A stretch of DNA of 64,000 bases from an uncultured Gemmatimonadaceae bacterium (GCA_963790305.1 CAWBOC010000009.1:192001-256000), one strand, 5' to 3'. Positions 28,694 through 40,454 are shown, counted from the first letter of the stretch. The notes: a model not told the origin generated them from the sequence alone. A program made the numbers and translations.

Positions 28694-31600
28694 TCACTCG
28701 GGACGCCGGAGGCGGATTTGTACGACCGCGCCGCCTCGCGGGCCGTTCTCGATTCCAATCGTCCCGCCCCAGCCCTCGAGGAGCTGCCGGCTGATCGCGA
28801 GGCCGAGCCCGCTGCCACTCGTCCGCGTCGAGAAGTGCGGCTCGAAGATGCGGGGCAGCACCTCCGGCGCGATACCGTGGCCGTCGTCCTCGACGTCGAG
28901 GTGAACGTGGCTCGTGTCAATGCTCACGCGCATCTCGACACGGTGCGCGTTCGCGAGTCGAGCGTTCTCGAGCAGGTTGATCATCACCTCACGCAGCTCG
29001 TCCTCGCTCGCGAGGGCCAGCGCCGGTGAATCCGCGCCGGTCGCACGCCATTCGATCTCATCGCGGCCAAGACGCTCCAACTCGATGACATCGCGCACGA
29101 CGGCCGCCACGTCCGTCGGCTGCGCCGGCAGGCGCTCTGCGGGGGCTGTCCCGTACCGGCTGAAGCTCCGCGCGATCTCATCCAGGCGATCGATCTCGGC
29201 GAGAATGCGCGCGACGTTACGATCGAGGATCGCGTCGAAGTCGGCGCGCGCGTCCGCGCGCGCGCGGCGGAGGTGCTGGACGCCCAGGCGAATCGGCGTG
29301 AGTGGATTCTTGATCTCGTGCGCGACCTGCCGAGCCATCTCACCCCAGGCGAGCACGCGTTGCGCGCGCGCGAGATCGGTGACGTCGTCCATGGTGATGA
29401 CCGCACCGCCAACGCCGCGCGTGAGACGGGTGAGACGAACGTGCAGCTGACGCTCGCCGAGCGTTTCGTCGAATTCTTCTTCGTCCGCCTCGTGGCTGAG
29501 AAAAGCCTGAACGCGCGTTACCAGCGCCTGGGGAGCGACATCCTCCAAACGGGTCCCTGGTGGGATGCGTTCATTGAGCAGCGCATCCGCGGCGGGATTC
29601 GCGAGGGTCACCGTCATCGACCGGTCCGCGGCGATGACACCGCTCGCAACGTTGCGCAGGATCGCCGCGATGCGCCGCTGCGTTTCCTCCAGCGCGGCCC
29701 GACTCTCGCCCAGATCGGCGGCCATTCGTCGGAACGCGGTGAAGACTGGCGCGAACTCCTCTGGTGGCAGCCCGGTGAGCTGCGGCTCGCGGTCTCCGCC
29801 GGCAATCGCGAGCGCTGCGCTTTGGAGCGAACCGATGGGCTCGGCAAGCGATCTGGCCGCAACACCGCTCAACCAGAGTGCGGCCAGCGCTCCGAGCACG
29901 GTCGCGAACAGCACGAGAACGCCGAGATCGCGTCGTCGCCGCTCGAGCAGCGCCTCACCGCCGCGGGCGGGAGCAGCGAGCACATCGCGCTCCCCGGACG
30001 GCCCGGCGCTCAAGCGGTATCCCACGAGCGTGGACACTCCGCCGACTGAAAGGGTCTGACTCGCGTTCACCTCGCCGCCGAGAGTCAATGCCACATGCAC
30101 ATTGCGCGGGAGAAACCGACCGAACGCCGCGAGCGATTCGTGGAGTGCGGCGCTCGCACGCCGCAGCGCCCCGTCGCGATACAGAAAGAGCGGGGTCTGC
30201 AACCGATCCCCAATCTCGTCCAGCTTCTCGAGATCCTCGGCAGCGGCCCCCGCCCGGAGCGTCTCGCGCACCAGCAGCTCGCGCGATTGGCGTACCTCGT
30301 CCTGGAGCCGCCGGTAGCTCCAGAGGGCGAAGACGCCTGCCGGAATCACGAAGAAGAGGAACAGTGCGACGGTGAGGCGCGCGCGGTACGAGCGCGACCA
30401 CCGTCGCCGCCGTGCGCGGAGCCATCGCCCGAAGGCGCCACCCGGGACGACGCTGACCATCCATAGACCGAGAAGCAGCACCAGGTCGAACAGCACGACC
30501 AGCGTCCCACGCTGCAGCAACACGTCGAGCGAGCGCAGATCGACCTCGATGTGCGCGCGAGCTGGCCCGTTAGGCGTCGCGATGGTCCGGTCGCCGTGCA
30601 GCTCGTTGGCGTCCCGCGACCAGTGCGTCTCTCCTGCCGGCGGCAGCGGAGCGCGCGCGTCGACGTCGGTGAGCGCGAGCGAGTACGGCGGCTCACCGCG
30701 CTCGCGTGGCTCGAGACCCAGCAGCACGGAAAAGGGATCGTCGGGGATGAGCCGCGTACGTGGCTGCACGACCACCGCCGTGACCGTGCCCCCCTCGTGC
30801 GGCACGGCGAGGATGGTGTTCGTACCGGGAATGGAGGGGACGAGTCGCACGACTCTCTCACCGCGGCGGCGCGCATTGGTGACGACGGGCCCCACCTCGC
30901 GTTGATCGACATCGGCCGGCGTGAGCGAGAGCATTGCGCCGGGGAATCCGTCGGGAAGCCAGCTCGACAGCGACGCCGGATACCCTGCACCCGCCAGGTC
31001 GGAGCGCACGAAACGCCGCAGCAGCTCGGCCTCGGTGAGCGGTGGAGGCCCGGCCTCAATCGAATCGGCGAGGCGCTCCAGCAGCGCGACGGGATATGGA
31101 TCGGGCGCGGCGAGATCGCCGACATCGTCATTCGCGAGCGCGACCCGCCCCCGCACGCCTGCACCCCAGGCGAGCGTCGCCGCGCCGAACGCAGCGACGG
31201 TGGCTGCGGTCACGATGAAGGTGACATGCCGGCGCGTGAGGGCGAGTGCTCCGATCGCCGCGATCCAGAGGATCGGATACCACCCGGGCCAGCGACCCGG
31301 TGCGTCCCAGACAACCGGACCAATGAGCGCGGCTAGTGCGGCCAGTGACGGAGCGATTGCCGGATGAAGTCCCCGAGTGGCCCCAAGTACCGCGCCGCCC
31401 GCGGCTGCCGCTCCGAGCAGCAGGGCTGCGGCGGCGAGGAAGATCGCGACTTGCCACGAGAGCCACAGTCCGACCGTGATCCCGGACGCGGGCACCGTGA
31501 CGCCCCGCGCCAGGTCGCGGAGGAGAAACGGACCGAGCGACATGACGACGATCACGATCGCGGCAGCCGCCGGCCTCCACGCGGTGCGTGTCCGTGTGCG

Positions 31601-32644
31601 GAGCACGGTCAGCAGCGCGAGCAGCAGCGTCGCGCTGGAAAGGGTCAGCGCCCCGACGCTGGCAGTGAAAGGGCCGCCAAGCGTCGCCGAGTAGACGGTG
31701 GGATCGAACAGCGAAGTGTCACTCGAAAACGTGCCTAACGGGACGAGCCCCACGCAGGCCAGGGCGACGGCCAGTGTCGCCAGCCGCCAGGTGAGCGATC
31801 GCAGGCGGGCCCACGACGCGGCGAGGAAGAGCACCAGCGCGACCGCCAGCAGGATCGCGCCTCGCTCGCGCGTGCGGTCCAGGGCGAGAAGCGCCGCCTC
31901 GCCCTGGGCGGGCACCAGCGGCCGAACGCGAAAGAGGGTGTCGCCGCCGCGCCCAACGTAGGGAGTGCTTTCGGCAAGCTCCCGCACGGTTGGAAGCGCG
32001 AACTGGAATCCATGTAGCCCCGAGCGCTCGGCGACCCGCTCATCGACCGCCTGGGCCAGGCGGTCAGCGGGAGGCTCCGCGTGAACGAGCGCTGCTGCCA
32101 CGGCACGCCGGTCGCCGCGCTCCGCCGCCGCGTAGAGCGTGACGTAGAACGGCGTGAAGATCACGCCTCCGGCGCCGGCGACCGAGTCCGTGCGCACGCG
32201 TGGCCGCCCGGCCCAGGCCAGGGGCCGCCCCCCGTGGTATAGGGCAACGGTTTGTGCCCTATCTTCCTGGACCAGACCTCGGAGATGGCCGAACGCGCGC
32301 ATCGTGTCGCCGGGAGATTCCAGCGCCGTGCGCGCGCGCTGCGCAAGCGCCGCCTCAATGCTGTCGAGCGTGACATCGAGGCGCTGCGCGCCACGCGCGA
32401 TTCGCCCGCTGCGGTAGGTCGACCAATCCCGCGCGATGCGAGTCAGCTCGCGCTGCGCGATAGCGCCCATCGCGCAAAACGCGGCGAGCGCGAGCGCGGT
32501 TGCCGCGCCCCACGCCCGCAGCGTTCGGGGTACCCGCATCAGGAGGATCGCCCCCAGCACGGTAGCGACGGCCGCCGGCACGAGGTACCGTACGTCGGGC
32601 GTGCGGAGCCACAGCGCAGCAGTCAGGAGCGCGACGGCCACCAT
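28694..32644 (-). CDS. Large multi-TM sensor histidine kinase (HAMP-PAS-HisKA-HATPase, NtrY-like)
   Basis: AWGEMARQVAHEIKNPLTPIRL H-box, NLLENA, DDGHGI, FEPHFST, GSGLGL. About 1300 aa with many TM helices. Start uncertain (32644-32767). Confidence 0.9.
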   Translation of the reverse strand: MVAVALLTAALWLRTPDVRYLVPAAVATVLGAILLMRVPRTLRAWGAATALALAAFCAMGAIAQRELTRIARDWSTYRSGRIARGAQRLDVTLDSIEAALAQRARTALESPGDTMRAFGHLRGLVQEDRAQTVALYHGGRPLAWAGRPRVRTDSVAGAGGVIFTPFYVTLYAAAERGDRRAVAAALVHAEPPADRLAQAVDERVAERSGLHGFQFALPTVRELAESTPYVGRGGDTLFRVRPLVPAQGEAALLALDRTRERGAILLAVALVLFLAASWARLRSLTWRLATLAVALACVGLVPLGTFSSDTSLFDPTVYSATLGGPFTASVGALTLSSATLLLALLTVLRTRTRTAWRPAAAAIVIVVMSLGPFLLRDLARGVTVPASGITVGLWLSWQVAIFLAAAALLLGAAAAGGAVLGATRGLHPAIAPSLAALAALIGPVVWDAPGRWPGWYPILWIAAIGALALTRRHVTFIVTAATVAAFGAATLAWGAGVRGRVALANDDVGDLAAPDPYPVALLERLADSIEAGPPPLTEAELLRRFVRSDLAGAGYPASLSSWLPDGFPGAMLSLTPADVDQREVGPVVTNARRRGERVVRLVPSIPGTNTILAVPHEGGTVTAVVVQPRTRLIPDDPFSVLLGLEPRERGEPPYSLALTDVDARAPLPPAGETHWSRDANELHGDRTIATPNGPARAHIEVDLRSLDVLLQRGTLVVLFDLVLLLGLWMVSVVPGGAFGRWLRARRRRWSRSYRARLTVALFLFFVIPAGVFALWSYRRLQDEVRQSRELLVRETLRAGAAAEDLEKLDEIGDRLQTPLFLYRDGALRRASAALHESLAAFGRFLPRNVHVALTLGGEVNASQTLSVGGVSTLVGYRLSAGPSGERDVLAAPARGGEALLERRRRDLGVLVLFATVLGALAALWLSGVAARSLAEPIGSLQSAALAIAGGDREPQLTGLPPEEFAPVFTAFRRMAADLGESRAALEETQRRIAAILRNVASGVIAADRSMTVTLANPAADALLNERIPPGTRLEDVAPQALVTRVQAFLSHEADEEEFDETLGERQLHVRLTRLTRGVGGAVITMDDVTDLARAQRVLAWGEMARQVAHEIKNPLTPIRLGVQHLRRARADARADFDAILDRNVARILAEIDRLDEIARSFSRYGTAPAERLPAQPTDVAAVVRDVIELERLGRDEIEWRATGADSPALALASEDELREVMINLLENARLANAHRVEMRVSIDTSHVHLDVEDDGHGIAPEVLPRIFEPHFSTRTSGSGLGLAISRQLLEGWGGTIGIENGPRGGAVVQIRLRRPE

Positions 32645-32714
32645 CACTGTCCAGGCGCGCGCCGCGGGAAGTCCCGTCAGGCGCGCGGGTCGTGCTGGTT
32701 GGACTTCCTCACCG

Positions 32715-33467
32715 ATGGAAATGACTGTCCCCCTCCCCACCGCCGCGTCGTCGCCGCGCCGGCTCAAAGAGATGACTCCCGCTCAGGTCGCGGCGATTCT
32801 CGCCGAGGATCCGCGCCTCATCGTGCCGGTCGGGACGTGCGAGCAGCACGGCCCACATTTGCCCATCGGGACCGCTACCATTATCGCCGAGCGTCTCGCC
32901 GACGATCTATCCGCGGAGTACGGTGTGCTGCGTGCGCCAACGGTGGAATATGGCGTCAACGTCGTTACCGAACGCGCGTTCGCCGGCAACGCTTCCGTGC
33001 GCAAGAAGACTCTGCACCGCATGCTGAACGACCTGCTCGCGTCGTGGGAAGCGACCGGGTTTCGAGAGTTCATCCTCCTCACCGCCCATGAGCACGATCC
33101 CCATCAAGAAGCGCTGGCGACGGTCATCACGTCCGTGGCACGGGTGCGCGTGGTCGACATCTACGCCATCCCCATCGCCGACCTCCTCGAGGGCCAGACC
33201 GAGCACATGCACGGCGACGAGGTCGACACCTCCCTCTTGTTGTTTCTCGCGCCAGAGCTCGTACATCTCGATCTGGCACAGGATTATATGATGTCGCGCG
33301 AGTCGATGCGACGTTACCGGCGCGGTTCGCTGCGCGTCCCGAAAGGGAGTCCCGGTTCGATCGGGCGGCCGTCGCTCGCCTCCCAGGCGAAAGGACGTGC
33401 GCTGTACGAGCGCTTTCGCGAGCGTATCAGCGAGCGAATCTTCCTTGCGCCGGCCCCCGAAGCATGA
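32715..33467 (+). CDS. Creatininase family amidohydrolase
   Basis: IVPVGTCEQHGPHLPIGT, YGV, HGDEVDTS, GSIGRP. Confidence 0.85.
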   Translation: MEMTVPLPTAASSPRRLKEMTPAQVAAILAEDPRLIVPVGTCEQHGPHLPIGTATIIAERLADDLSAEYGVLRAPTVEYGVNVVTERAFAGNASVRKKTLHRMLNDLLASWEATGFREFILLTAHEHDPHQEALATVITSVARVRVVDIYAIPIADLLEGQTEHMHGDEVDTSLLLFLAPELVHLDLAQDYMMSRESMRRYRRGSLRVPKGSPGSIGRPSLASQAKGRALYERFRERISERIFLAPAPEA

Positions 33468-33499
33468 ACCGAGACCACCCCGTGGGGTATTACGAGATC

Positions 33500-34177
33500 A
33501 TGCGCAAACTCATTGCGGGTATCGCGGTTGTGAGCCTCGCGCTCCCGGCCTCCGCGCAAGTCGCGGTCGTCGACGAGGGCAGCTTCACGATTTCCCATAA
33601 CGGGACCCGGATCGGACGCGAGGAGTTCGCCATTCGGCGCACGCCGAATCCCGGCGGGGACGTGCTCGTCGCCAACGCGACGGTGGTCTATACCGATCGC
33701 CGCCTGTCGCCCGCCCTCCAGACGGACGCCGCCGGCGCGCCCCTGCGGTATCAGGTCGAGGTCAGTACGGGCGCCGACGTGCAGGAACGCCTCCAGGGAC
33801 GGGTGGGACGGGGGCGCTTCAGCGCGCAGCTCCGCACACCCCGTGGCGAGTCCGCTCGTGAATACGTGGTGGCGGACGGCGCCCTGATCCTCGATGACGA
33901 CGTCTTCCATCAGTACTACTTCCTGGCGCGCGCGGGGCGGACCGGGGCGGTGCCCGTTGTCGTGCCGCGGCGCAACGTTCAGGTCACGATGCGCGTAGAC
34001 AACGAGGGCGACGATGTGGTCACCATCAGCGGGAATCGCATCGCCGCGACTCGTTATGTGATGACCGATCCTGACGGCGGGACGCGGCGGATCTGGGTCG
34101 ACGCGCAGGGGCGCGTCCTCAGGGTCACGCTCGAGAGCCGCGGGATCACCGCGACCCGGGACGACCCTCCTCGCTGA
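33500..34177 (+). CDS. Secreted hypothetical protein
   Basis: Signal peptide MRKLIAG…ASA|Q; IGREEFAI, IWVDAQGRVLRV beta-rich pattern. Confidence 0.7.
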   Translation: MRKLIAGIAVVSLALPASAQVAVVDEGSFTISHNGTRIGREEFAIRRTPNPGGDVLVANATVVYTDRRLSPALQTDAAGAPLRYQVEVSTGADVQERLQGRVGRGRFSAQLRTPRGESAREYVVADGALILDDDVFHQYYFLARAGRTGAVPVVVPRRNVQVTMRVDNEGDDVVTISGNRIAATRYVMTDPDGGTRRIWVDAQGRVLRVTLESRGITATRDDPPR

Positions 34178-34193
34178 TCGATGGCTGGAGGCG

Positions 34194-34220
34194 AAAAGCC
34201 CCGCTCTCGCGGGGCTTTTT
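34194..34220 (+). terminator. Intrinsic terminator (possibly bidirectional)
   Basis: AAAAGCCCCGC-TCTC-GCGGGGCTTTTT. Confidence 0.85.
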
Positions 34221-34307
34221 CGTGTTCGCTACTCTTGACGCGTCGCTGAAACCGGCTGTGCCGGGCCGCCGTACGCTCAGACGTCCTTCCTCCCGAGGCT
34301 CCCCCCG

Positions 34308-35798
34308 ATGCGATTTACCGTGCTCGTCGCGCTCGCGCTCGCCAGCGCCCTGTGGCCTGTTTCCGCCATCGCGCAGGTGGCGGATACGGTGCGGGGCACC
34401 GTGCTCACGCTTGACGAGGCGATCGCGCTGGCCCAGCGCAACAACCCGCTCCACCTCCAGTTTGTCAACGATCGGCGCGCCGCCAGCGCGTCCGTTCGCG
34501 CGGCTTACGGCGCCTTGCTGCCGAGTGCCAGCCTTTCCTTCAGCAGCGAGTACCGGAAAGAGGGCTCACAGCCGTTTCAAGGGTTGAACTTCAGCACGAG
34601 CTCCGATGTGTACCAGTCGTCGTACTGGCTCGGGCTGCAATACGACATCAGCCCGGGGACGTTCATCACACCCAAGCTCGAATCGGCTCGCCGCGATGCG
34701 GTCGAGGCCGACATCGTCGGCTCGAGTCACTCGCTCCGGGCCCTCATCAAGCAGGATTACCTGCAGGCGCTCAAGTCCGAGGCGCAGGCGATTCTCCAGG
34801 ACACGCTCACCGCAACGGCACAGGTGCAGCTGGAGCTTGCGCGTGCCCGCGCCGCCGTCGGCTCGGGGACGCAGCTCGACGTCACGCGGGCCGAGGTCGC
34901 CCTCGGAACGCAGCAGGTCGCGGCGCTCCGGGCCCGTAACACCGCCGAAGTCGACAAGCTTCGCCTCTTCGAGCGTATGGGCGTGGCGCAACCCGCCAAC
35001 GTACGGCTGACGTCGCAGTTCGCCGTCACCGCGCCCTCGATCTCACTCGACGAGGTGATGGGCATCGCGCGTGAAGAGAATCCCACCGTGCGCGCCTTCC
35101 GGTCGCGCGAGCGCGTTGCCTCGCTCGACGTGCGTCGGGCGCAGTCGCAATACCTTCCGTCACTCAGCCTGAGCACCGGCTGGGGCGGTTACACCCAGCA
35201 GTACACCAACGACCGGTTCCTCGTCGAAGGGCAGCGCTCGCAGGTGCTCCAGAATCGGGCGCAGTGCTTCAGCACGGACTCGATCCGCCAGGGCGCTGGC
35301 CTCGCGCCGATCACAGCCTTCTGCAACAGCGAGTTCCAGTTCGGACCCGCCGACGAGGAATCGATCCGCCGCGAGAACGACCGCTTCCCGTTCGATTTCA
35401 CGCGGCAGCCGTTCAGCCTGCAGGCGCGAGTCTCGTTGCCCCTGTTCGACGGTTTCGCACGCGAGCAGCGCGTGCAGGTTGCGCAAGCCTCACGGGATGA
35501 TGCACGCTATCAGGTGCGCCAGCAGGAGCTCCGCCTGACGGCGGACGTCAGCGCGGCATACTTCACCCTCGTTACCGCCGTGCGGGCAAGCGAAGTTCAG
35601 GAGCAGAACGCCGCCAAGGCACGCGAGGAGCTGCGTCTCACCGAGGAGCGCTATCGCGTCGGCGCGGCGACGTTCGTGGAGCTGGCGGAATCACGCTCGA
35701 GCTTCGAGCGCGCCGAGCAGGATCGAATCGCAGCTATTTACGATTACCATCAGGCGTGGGCCGCGCTGGAAAACGCGGTCGGCCGCCCTCTTCGCTAA
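34308..35798 (+). CDS. TolC family outer-membrane efflux protein
   Basis: Signal peptide, LTLDEAIALA..NNP, two OEP repeats, SLPLFDG, ERYRVG, LENAVG. Confidence 0.9.
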   Translation: MRFTVLVALALASALWPVSAIAQVADTVRGTVLTLDEAIALAQRNNPLHLQFVNDRRAASASVRAAYGALLPSASLSFSSEYRKEGSQPFQGLNFSTSSDVYQSSYWLGLQYDISPGTFITPKLESARRDAVEADIVGSSHSLRALIKQDYLQALKSEAQAILQDTLTATAQVQLELARARAAVGSGTQLDVTRAEVALGTQQVAALRARNTAEVDKLRLFERMGVAQPANVRLTSQFAVTAPSISLDEVMGIAREENPTVRAFRSRERVASLDVRRAQSQYLPSLSLSTGWGGYTQQYTNDRFLVEGQRSQVLQNRAQCFSTDSIRQGAGLAPITAFCNSEFQFGPADEESIRRENDRFPFDFTRQPFSLQARVSLPLFDGFAREQRVQVAQASRDDARYQVRQQELRLTADVSAAYFTLVTAVRASEVQEQNAAKAREELRLTEERYRVGAATFVELAESRSSFERAEQDRIAAIYDYHQAWAALENAVGRPLR

Positions 35799-35810
35799 TC
35801 GAGGATCACA

Positions 35811-37099
35811 ATGAGCCGGAAGACCAAGTGGGGGATCGGGGTCGCAATAGCACTGGTGGTGGCGACGGCGGTAGGCGTGGGCGCAGCGAAGAGCGGCAAT
35901 GACGGAACCGAGGTCCGCATGGAAGAAGTCGCGCGCCGCGATCTCGTCGCGTCGGTGACGGCCAGCGGACAGGTCGAGCCCCGGACGAAGGTCGATCTCA
36001 CCGCCGACATCAGCGGCCGCATCGTGCGGCTCGCGGTGAAGGAAGGACAGATGGTCTCGCGCGGGCAATTCCTGCTCGAGATCGAACCCGTGCAGTACCA
36101 GGCAGGGGTTCAACGCGCAGAGGCCGGGCTCGCCGCCGCACGCGCCCAGGAAGCGCAGGCACGCGCGAATCTGGAGCAGGCGCGCAGCAACCTGGCCCGC
36201 TCCGAGGAGATCCGCAGAGCGAACCCGACACTCGTCTCCGCCGAGCAGCTCGAGCAGCTCAAGACGACGCTCGAGGTGAACGAGGCGCTGTACCAGTCGT
36301 CGCGGCACAATGTCGAGCAGTCAGCCGCAACGCTCCGTGATGCGCGGTCGAGCCTGTCCAAGACCGTCATCCTCGCGCCCATGGCCGGACGTGTTACTCG
36401 CCTCAACGTCGAGCTCGGTGAGACGGCGGTTCCCGGCACATTCAACATGGATGCCGCCACGCTGCTGACGATCGCGGACATGAGCGTGCTCGAGACCAAG
36501 ATCAAGGTCGACGAGACCGACGTCGCGCGCATCTCGCTCGGCGACTCGGCGACCGTCGAGATCGACGCGTTCCCCGACACGACGTTCGTCGGACGGGTGG
36601 TCGAGATCTCGAACAGCTCGATCAAGCTGGCGGCCGGGGGCCCCAGGGCTCGGATCAGGCCGTGGATTACGAGGTGACCGTGCAGTTGCTCAACCCGCCC
36701 GACGGAAACGCGACCCGACTTCTCCGCCACCGCCAAGATCATCACCGACACCCGCAAGGACGTGATCGCGGTGCCGATCATCGCGCTCACCGTGCGCGAG
36801 CACGAGACGTCCCGAAGTCGGGCGACTCCGCCGCGATCGCGCTCGGCCGCGAGCCGACGAAGCAGATCGGCCAGCGCGATGTCGAGGGGGTGTTCATCGT
36901 CGGGGCCGACAACAAGGTGACCTTCCGGCCGGTTCGGGTGGGCATCGCCGGGGAGGAATACTTCGAGGTCGTCGACGGGCTTCGGCCAGGGGAGAAGATC
37001 GTGGCCGGTAGCTACCAGGCCATCCGCGAGCTGAAGGATGGCACGACCGTTCGCGAAGCGAAGGAAGAGGAAAAGCCCGCGGCGGGAGCGCAGACGTGA
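35811..37099 (+). CDS. Efflux periplasmic adaptor (MacA-like) with about three frameshifts
   Basis: VTASGQVEP, ISGRIVRLAVKEGQ, ILAPMAGRV, VDETDV, IDAFPD. The C-terminal part (RPDFSATAKI, VPIIAL, VDGLRPGEKIV) is spread across frames near 36640, 36705 and 36810. Confidence 0.88.
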
Positions 37100-37905
37100 G
37101 CGCACATCTCGACACGCCGATCAGCAACACCGCCGAGCGCGAAGCGGTCATCCGGACCGCAGGACTGGCGCCTGACGAGGACTGGGTCATCGTCACGCGC
37201 GGCATCCAGCGGGACTACGACATGGGGGGCGAGGTGGTCCACGCCCTCCGTGGCGTGGACGTCGCGATCAGGCGCAACGAGTACGTTGCGATCATGGGGC
37301 CCTCGGGCTCCGGCAAGTCGACGCTCATGAATCTCATTGGGTGCCTCGACACGCCGACGGCGGGCGAGTACTGGTTGAACGGCATGCTGGTGTCGGACAT
37401 GAGCGACGACGAGCTGGCGCGGGTGCGGAATCGCGAGATCGGCTTCGTCTTCCAGACGTTCAACCTTCTTCCGCGGGCGACGGCGCTTCACAACGTCGAG
37501 CTGCCGCTGGTGTATGCCGGTGTTCCGTCGCAGGAGCGCAAGCGTCAGGGCGACGCGAGGCGCTGGAGCGCGTGCAGCTCGGAGACCGTGCCACGCACCG
37601 ACCCAACGAGCTATCGGGCGGTCAGCGGCAGCGCGTCGCGATTGCGCGCGCGCTGGTCAACGAGCCGGCGATTCTTCTGGCCGACGAGCCGACCGGTAAC
37701 CTCGACTCGGGAACGTCAGCCGAGATCATGCGCGTCTTCGAGTCGCTTGGCGACGGAAGGCCAGACGGTGATCATGGTGACGCACGAAGCGGACATCGCG
37801 GCCCATGCGGGTCGAATCGTGGTGCTCCGCGACGGACGCATCTCCTCCGACGAGCGGCGCGACACCTTCGCGCAGCGCGTCGCCCTCGCCCAGGCGGCCC
37901 ACTAA
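37096..37905 (+). CDS. ABC transporter ATP-binding protein (MacB/LolD type) with two compensating frameshifts
   Basis: [35 protein letters not shown] and [11 protein letters not shown] lie in another frame (~37555-37745), then the gene returns to MVTHE. Confidence 0.9.
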   Translation: MSAHLDTPISNTAEREAVIRTAGLAPDEDWVIVTRGIQRDYDMGGEVVHALRGVDVAIRRNEYVAIMGPSGSGKSTLMNLIGCLDTPTAGEYWLNGMLVSDMSDDELARVRNREIGFVFQTFNLLPRATALHNVELPLVYAGVPSQERKRQGDARRWSACSSETVPRTDPTSYRAVSGSASRLRARWSTSRRFFWPTSRPVTSTRERQPRSCASSSRLATEGQTVIMVTHEADIAAHAGRIVVLRDGRISSDERRDTFAQRVALAQAAH

Positions 37906-37906
37906 C

Positions 37907-39149
37907 GTGCCATTCATCGAGGCCATCCGGCTCGCGCTCTCGCAGATTCGCGCGCAAAAGCTGAAGAGCTTCTTCACGCTCCTCGGCGTCACCATCGGCG
38001 TCATGTTCCTCATTGCGGTCGTCGCCGTCATCAACGGCATGGGCCGCTACATGGAGGAGGAGTTCGCCGGCAAGCTGATGGGCGTGAACACGTTCACGCT
38101 CGCGGCATCGGCCGTACTTCGAGATGCACACGACCGATGAGGAGTGGCGGTCGTTTGCCCGGCGTCCGCGCATCTACTTGCACGACGTCGAGCCGGTAGT
38201 GAAAGCGCTGCCCCCGGACGTCATGTGGGCCATCGAGAGCCGGGACCAGATTCCGGTGTCTACCAAGGACATGCGCCCGCGCGACGTCGAGGCCTTCGCC
38301 GTGGACGGATCCTTCTTCGAGATTCGCAACCTCAATGTCGCGAGCGGCCGACTGATCGCGCCTCACGAGTTCGCCAGTGGGGCAAAGGTCGTGGTCATCG
38401 GGCAGGATGTGAAGAAGCGGTTCTTCCCGACGACGAGTGCCCTGGGACGCGAGATGCGAATTGGAGGCGTTCCGTACCGCATCATCGGCGTCATGGAGGA
38501 GCAAGGGTCCGTGTTTGGTCTGTCGGTCGACAAGTTCGTCGTGGGCCCGATGAACTCGCCGCTGGCGCGATTGCTGAACCGTCGGTTCGGTGTGATCGAC
38601 GGCGTCATCCTCAAGTCGAGCTCCATGCAGGGCATGCGGGACGGCATGGAGCGCGTGCGACAGGTCATGCGGGGCCGGCACAAGCTGCGTCCGGCCCAGC
38701 CGGATAATTTCTCGATCGAGACCACCGAGTCCGCGCTGACCTTCTGGGCGAAGATCGAGAACATCCTGGTGATGGCGGGCATCGTGCTTCCCGCGCTCGG
38801 CCTCGTCGTAGGCGCGATCGTGATCATGAACATCATGCTCGTGGCCGTTGCGCAGCGCACGCGCGAGATCGGCATCCGGAAATCGCTCGGCGCGCGGCGC
38901 CGAGACATTCTGTCGCAGTTCCTCGTCGAGGCCGCGACGCTCAGCACCATCGGCGCGACTTTCGGAATTCTGCTCGGCATCGGCCTCGCAGCGCTCGTCG
39001 CTCAGTTCAGCCCGATGCCGGCGAGCGTCGCCCCGTGGTCGGTCGTCACGGCGGTGATCCTCGGAGCAGGGGTCGGAATCATCTCCGGCATGTACCCGGC
39101 GGCGCGGGCAGCGCGGCTGGATCCGATCGTCGCGCTGCGGCAGGAGTAA
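37907..39149 (+). CDS. ABC transporter permease (MacB/FtsX family), frameshift near 38103
   Basis: [54 protein letters not shown]. Confidence 0.9.
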
Positions 39150-39151
39150 CG

Positions 39152-40418
39152 ATGAGCCTCTCCACGCGCGTCTTCAGCTTGCTCGAAGGGTGTCGGCATC
39201 GCCTTCGACTCGATCCGGGCGAACAAGGTGCGCGCCGCGCTCACGATTCTCGGCGTCGCCATCGGGGTGTTCACCGTCGTCGCCATCTCGGCCGCGATCT
39301 ACGGGATCAATCGCAGCGTCGCTCGCGACTTCGAGGCCGCAGGGCCGACGTCGTTCTTCATCTACAAGTTTCCGATCGAGTTCAACATCTGCGACGGCGG
39401 CGACGAAACCTGTCAGTGGATTCACTACCCGCCGCTGACGACCGATGAAGGGGAGGCGCTCGCGCGCCTGCCCACCATTCGGGGCGTCACGACGCACGTC
39501 GGATCGTCGGCAACGTTCAAGCGTAAGGACAGAACGCTCAAGAACGCGCTGCTCGACCTCTACACGCCGGGGTGGACGGACGTCGATGGCGGGGACATTT
39601 CGCCCGGCCGGAGCTTCACGTACGCCGAGAACGAAACGGGCGCGCGTGTGGTGCTGATCAACGACCTGATGGCGGAGAAGCTGTTCGGGGACTCCGATCC
39701 GATCGGGCGATTCATCGCGATCAATGGGCAGCAGTTCCGCGTGATCGGGCTCTACCACTACAAGGCGAGCTTCCTCGGGACGCCTGGTCGCGAAGGCGGC
39801 GACCGCCCTCGAGCGATCGTGCCCTTCGAATCCGGACGCCGGCACCTCGGCGTGTGGACGGAGTGGGCCGACATGACCGTGAAACCGGTCGATGGCGTGT
39901 CTCGCGACGCGGCCATGGACGACGTCATCGCCCGACTCCGGTCCATTCGCGGCCTGAAGCCGGCTACCGAGAATACGTTCTTCGTCACCCCTCAGGAGAA
40001 GCTGTTCGAGTTCTGGAACAAGCTCACCGGCGTGTTCTTCATCGTGATGTTCGTGCTGTCGGCAATCGGACTGATCGTGGGTGGCGTGGGCGTCATCGCG
40101 ATCATGATGATCAGCGTGACGGAGCGCACGCGTGAGATCGGGGTCCGCAAGGCGCTCGGAGCGACCAGGCTGACGATCATGTGGCAGTTCCTCGTCGAGG
40201 CGGTAACGCTCACCGCGGTGGGGGCGGCGGTGGGGCTCGCCATGGGCGCGATCGTCACGTGGCTGGTACGGACCAATACCCCGATCGAAGCGGCGATGAC
40301 GCCGCAGTGGATCGCGGTCGCGGTGGGCGGCAGCGCACTAACCGGCATCCTGTTCGGCATCCTTCCGGCCATGCGCGCGGCACGTTTGGACCCCGTGGAG
40401 GCCCTGCGTCACGAGTAA
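39152..40418 (+). CDS. ABC transporter permease (MacB/FtsX family), frameshift near 39189
   Basis: Removing one extra G gives EGVGIAFDSIRANKVRAALTILGV; VTERTREIGVRKALGA; AARLDPVEALRHE. Confidence 0.9.
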
Positions 40419-40454
40419 CGAAGGCAGCCAACCGACAATGGAATAGACGTAATT

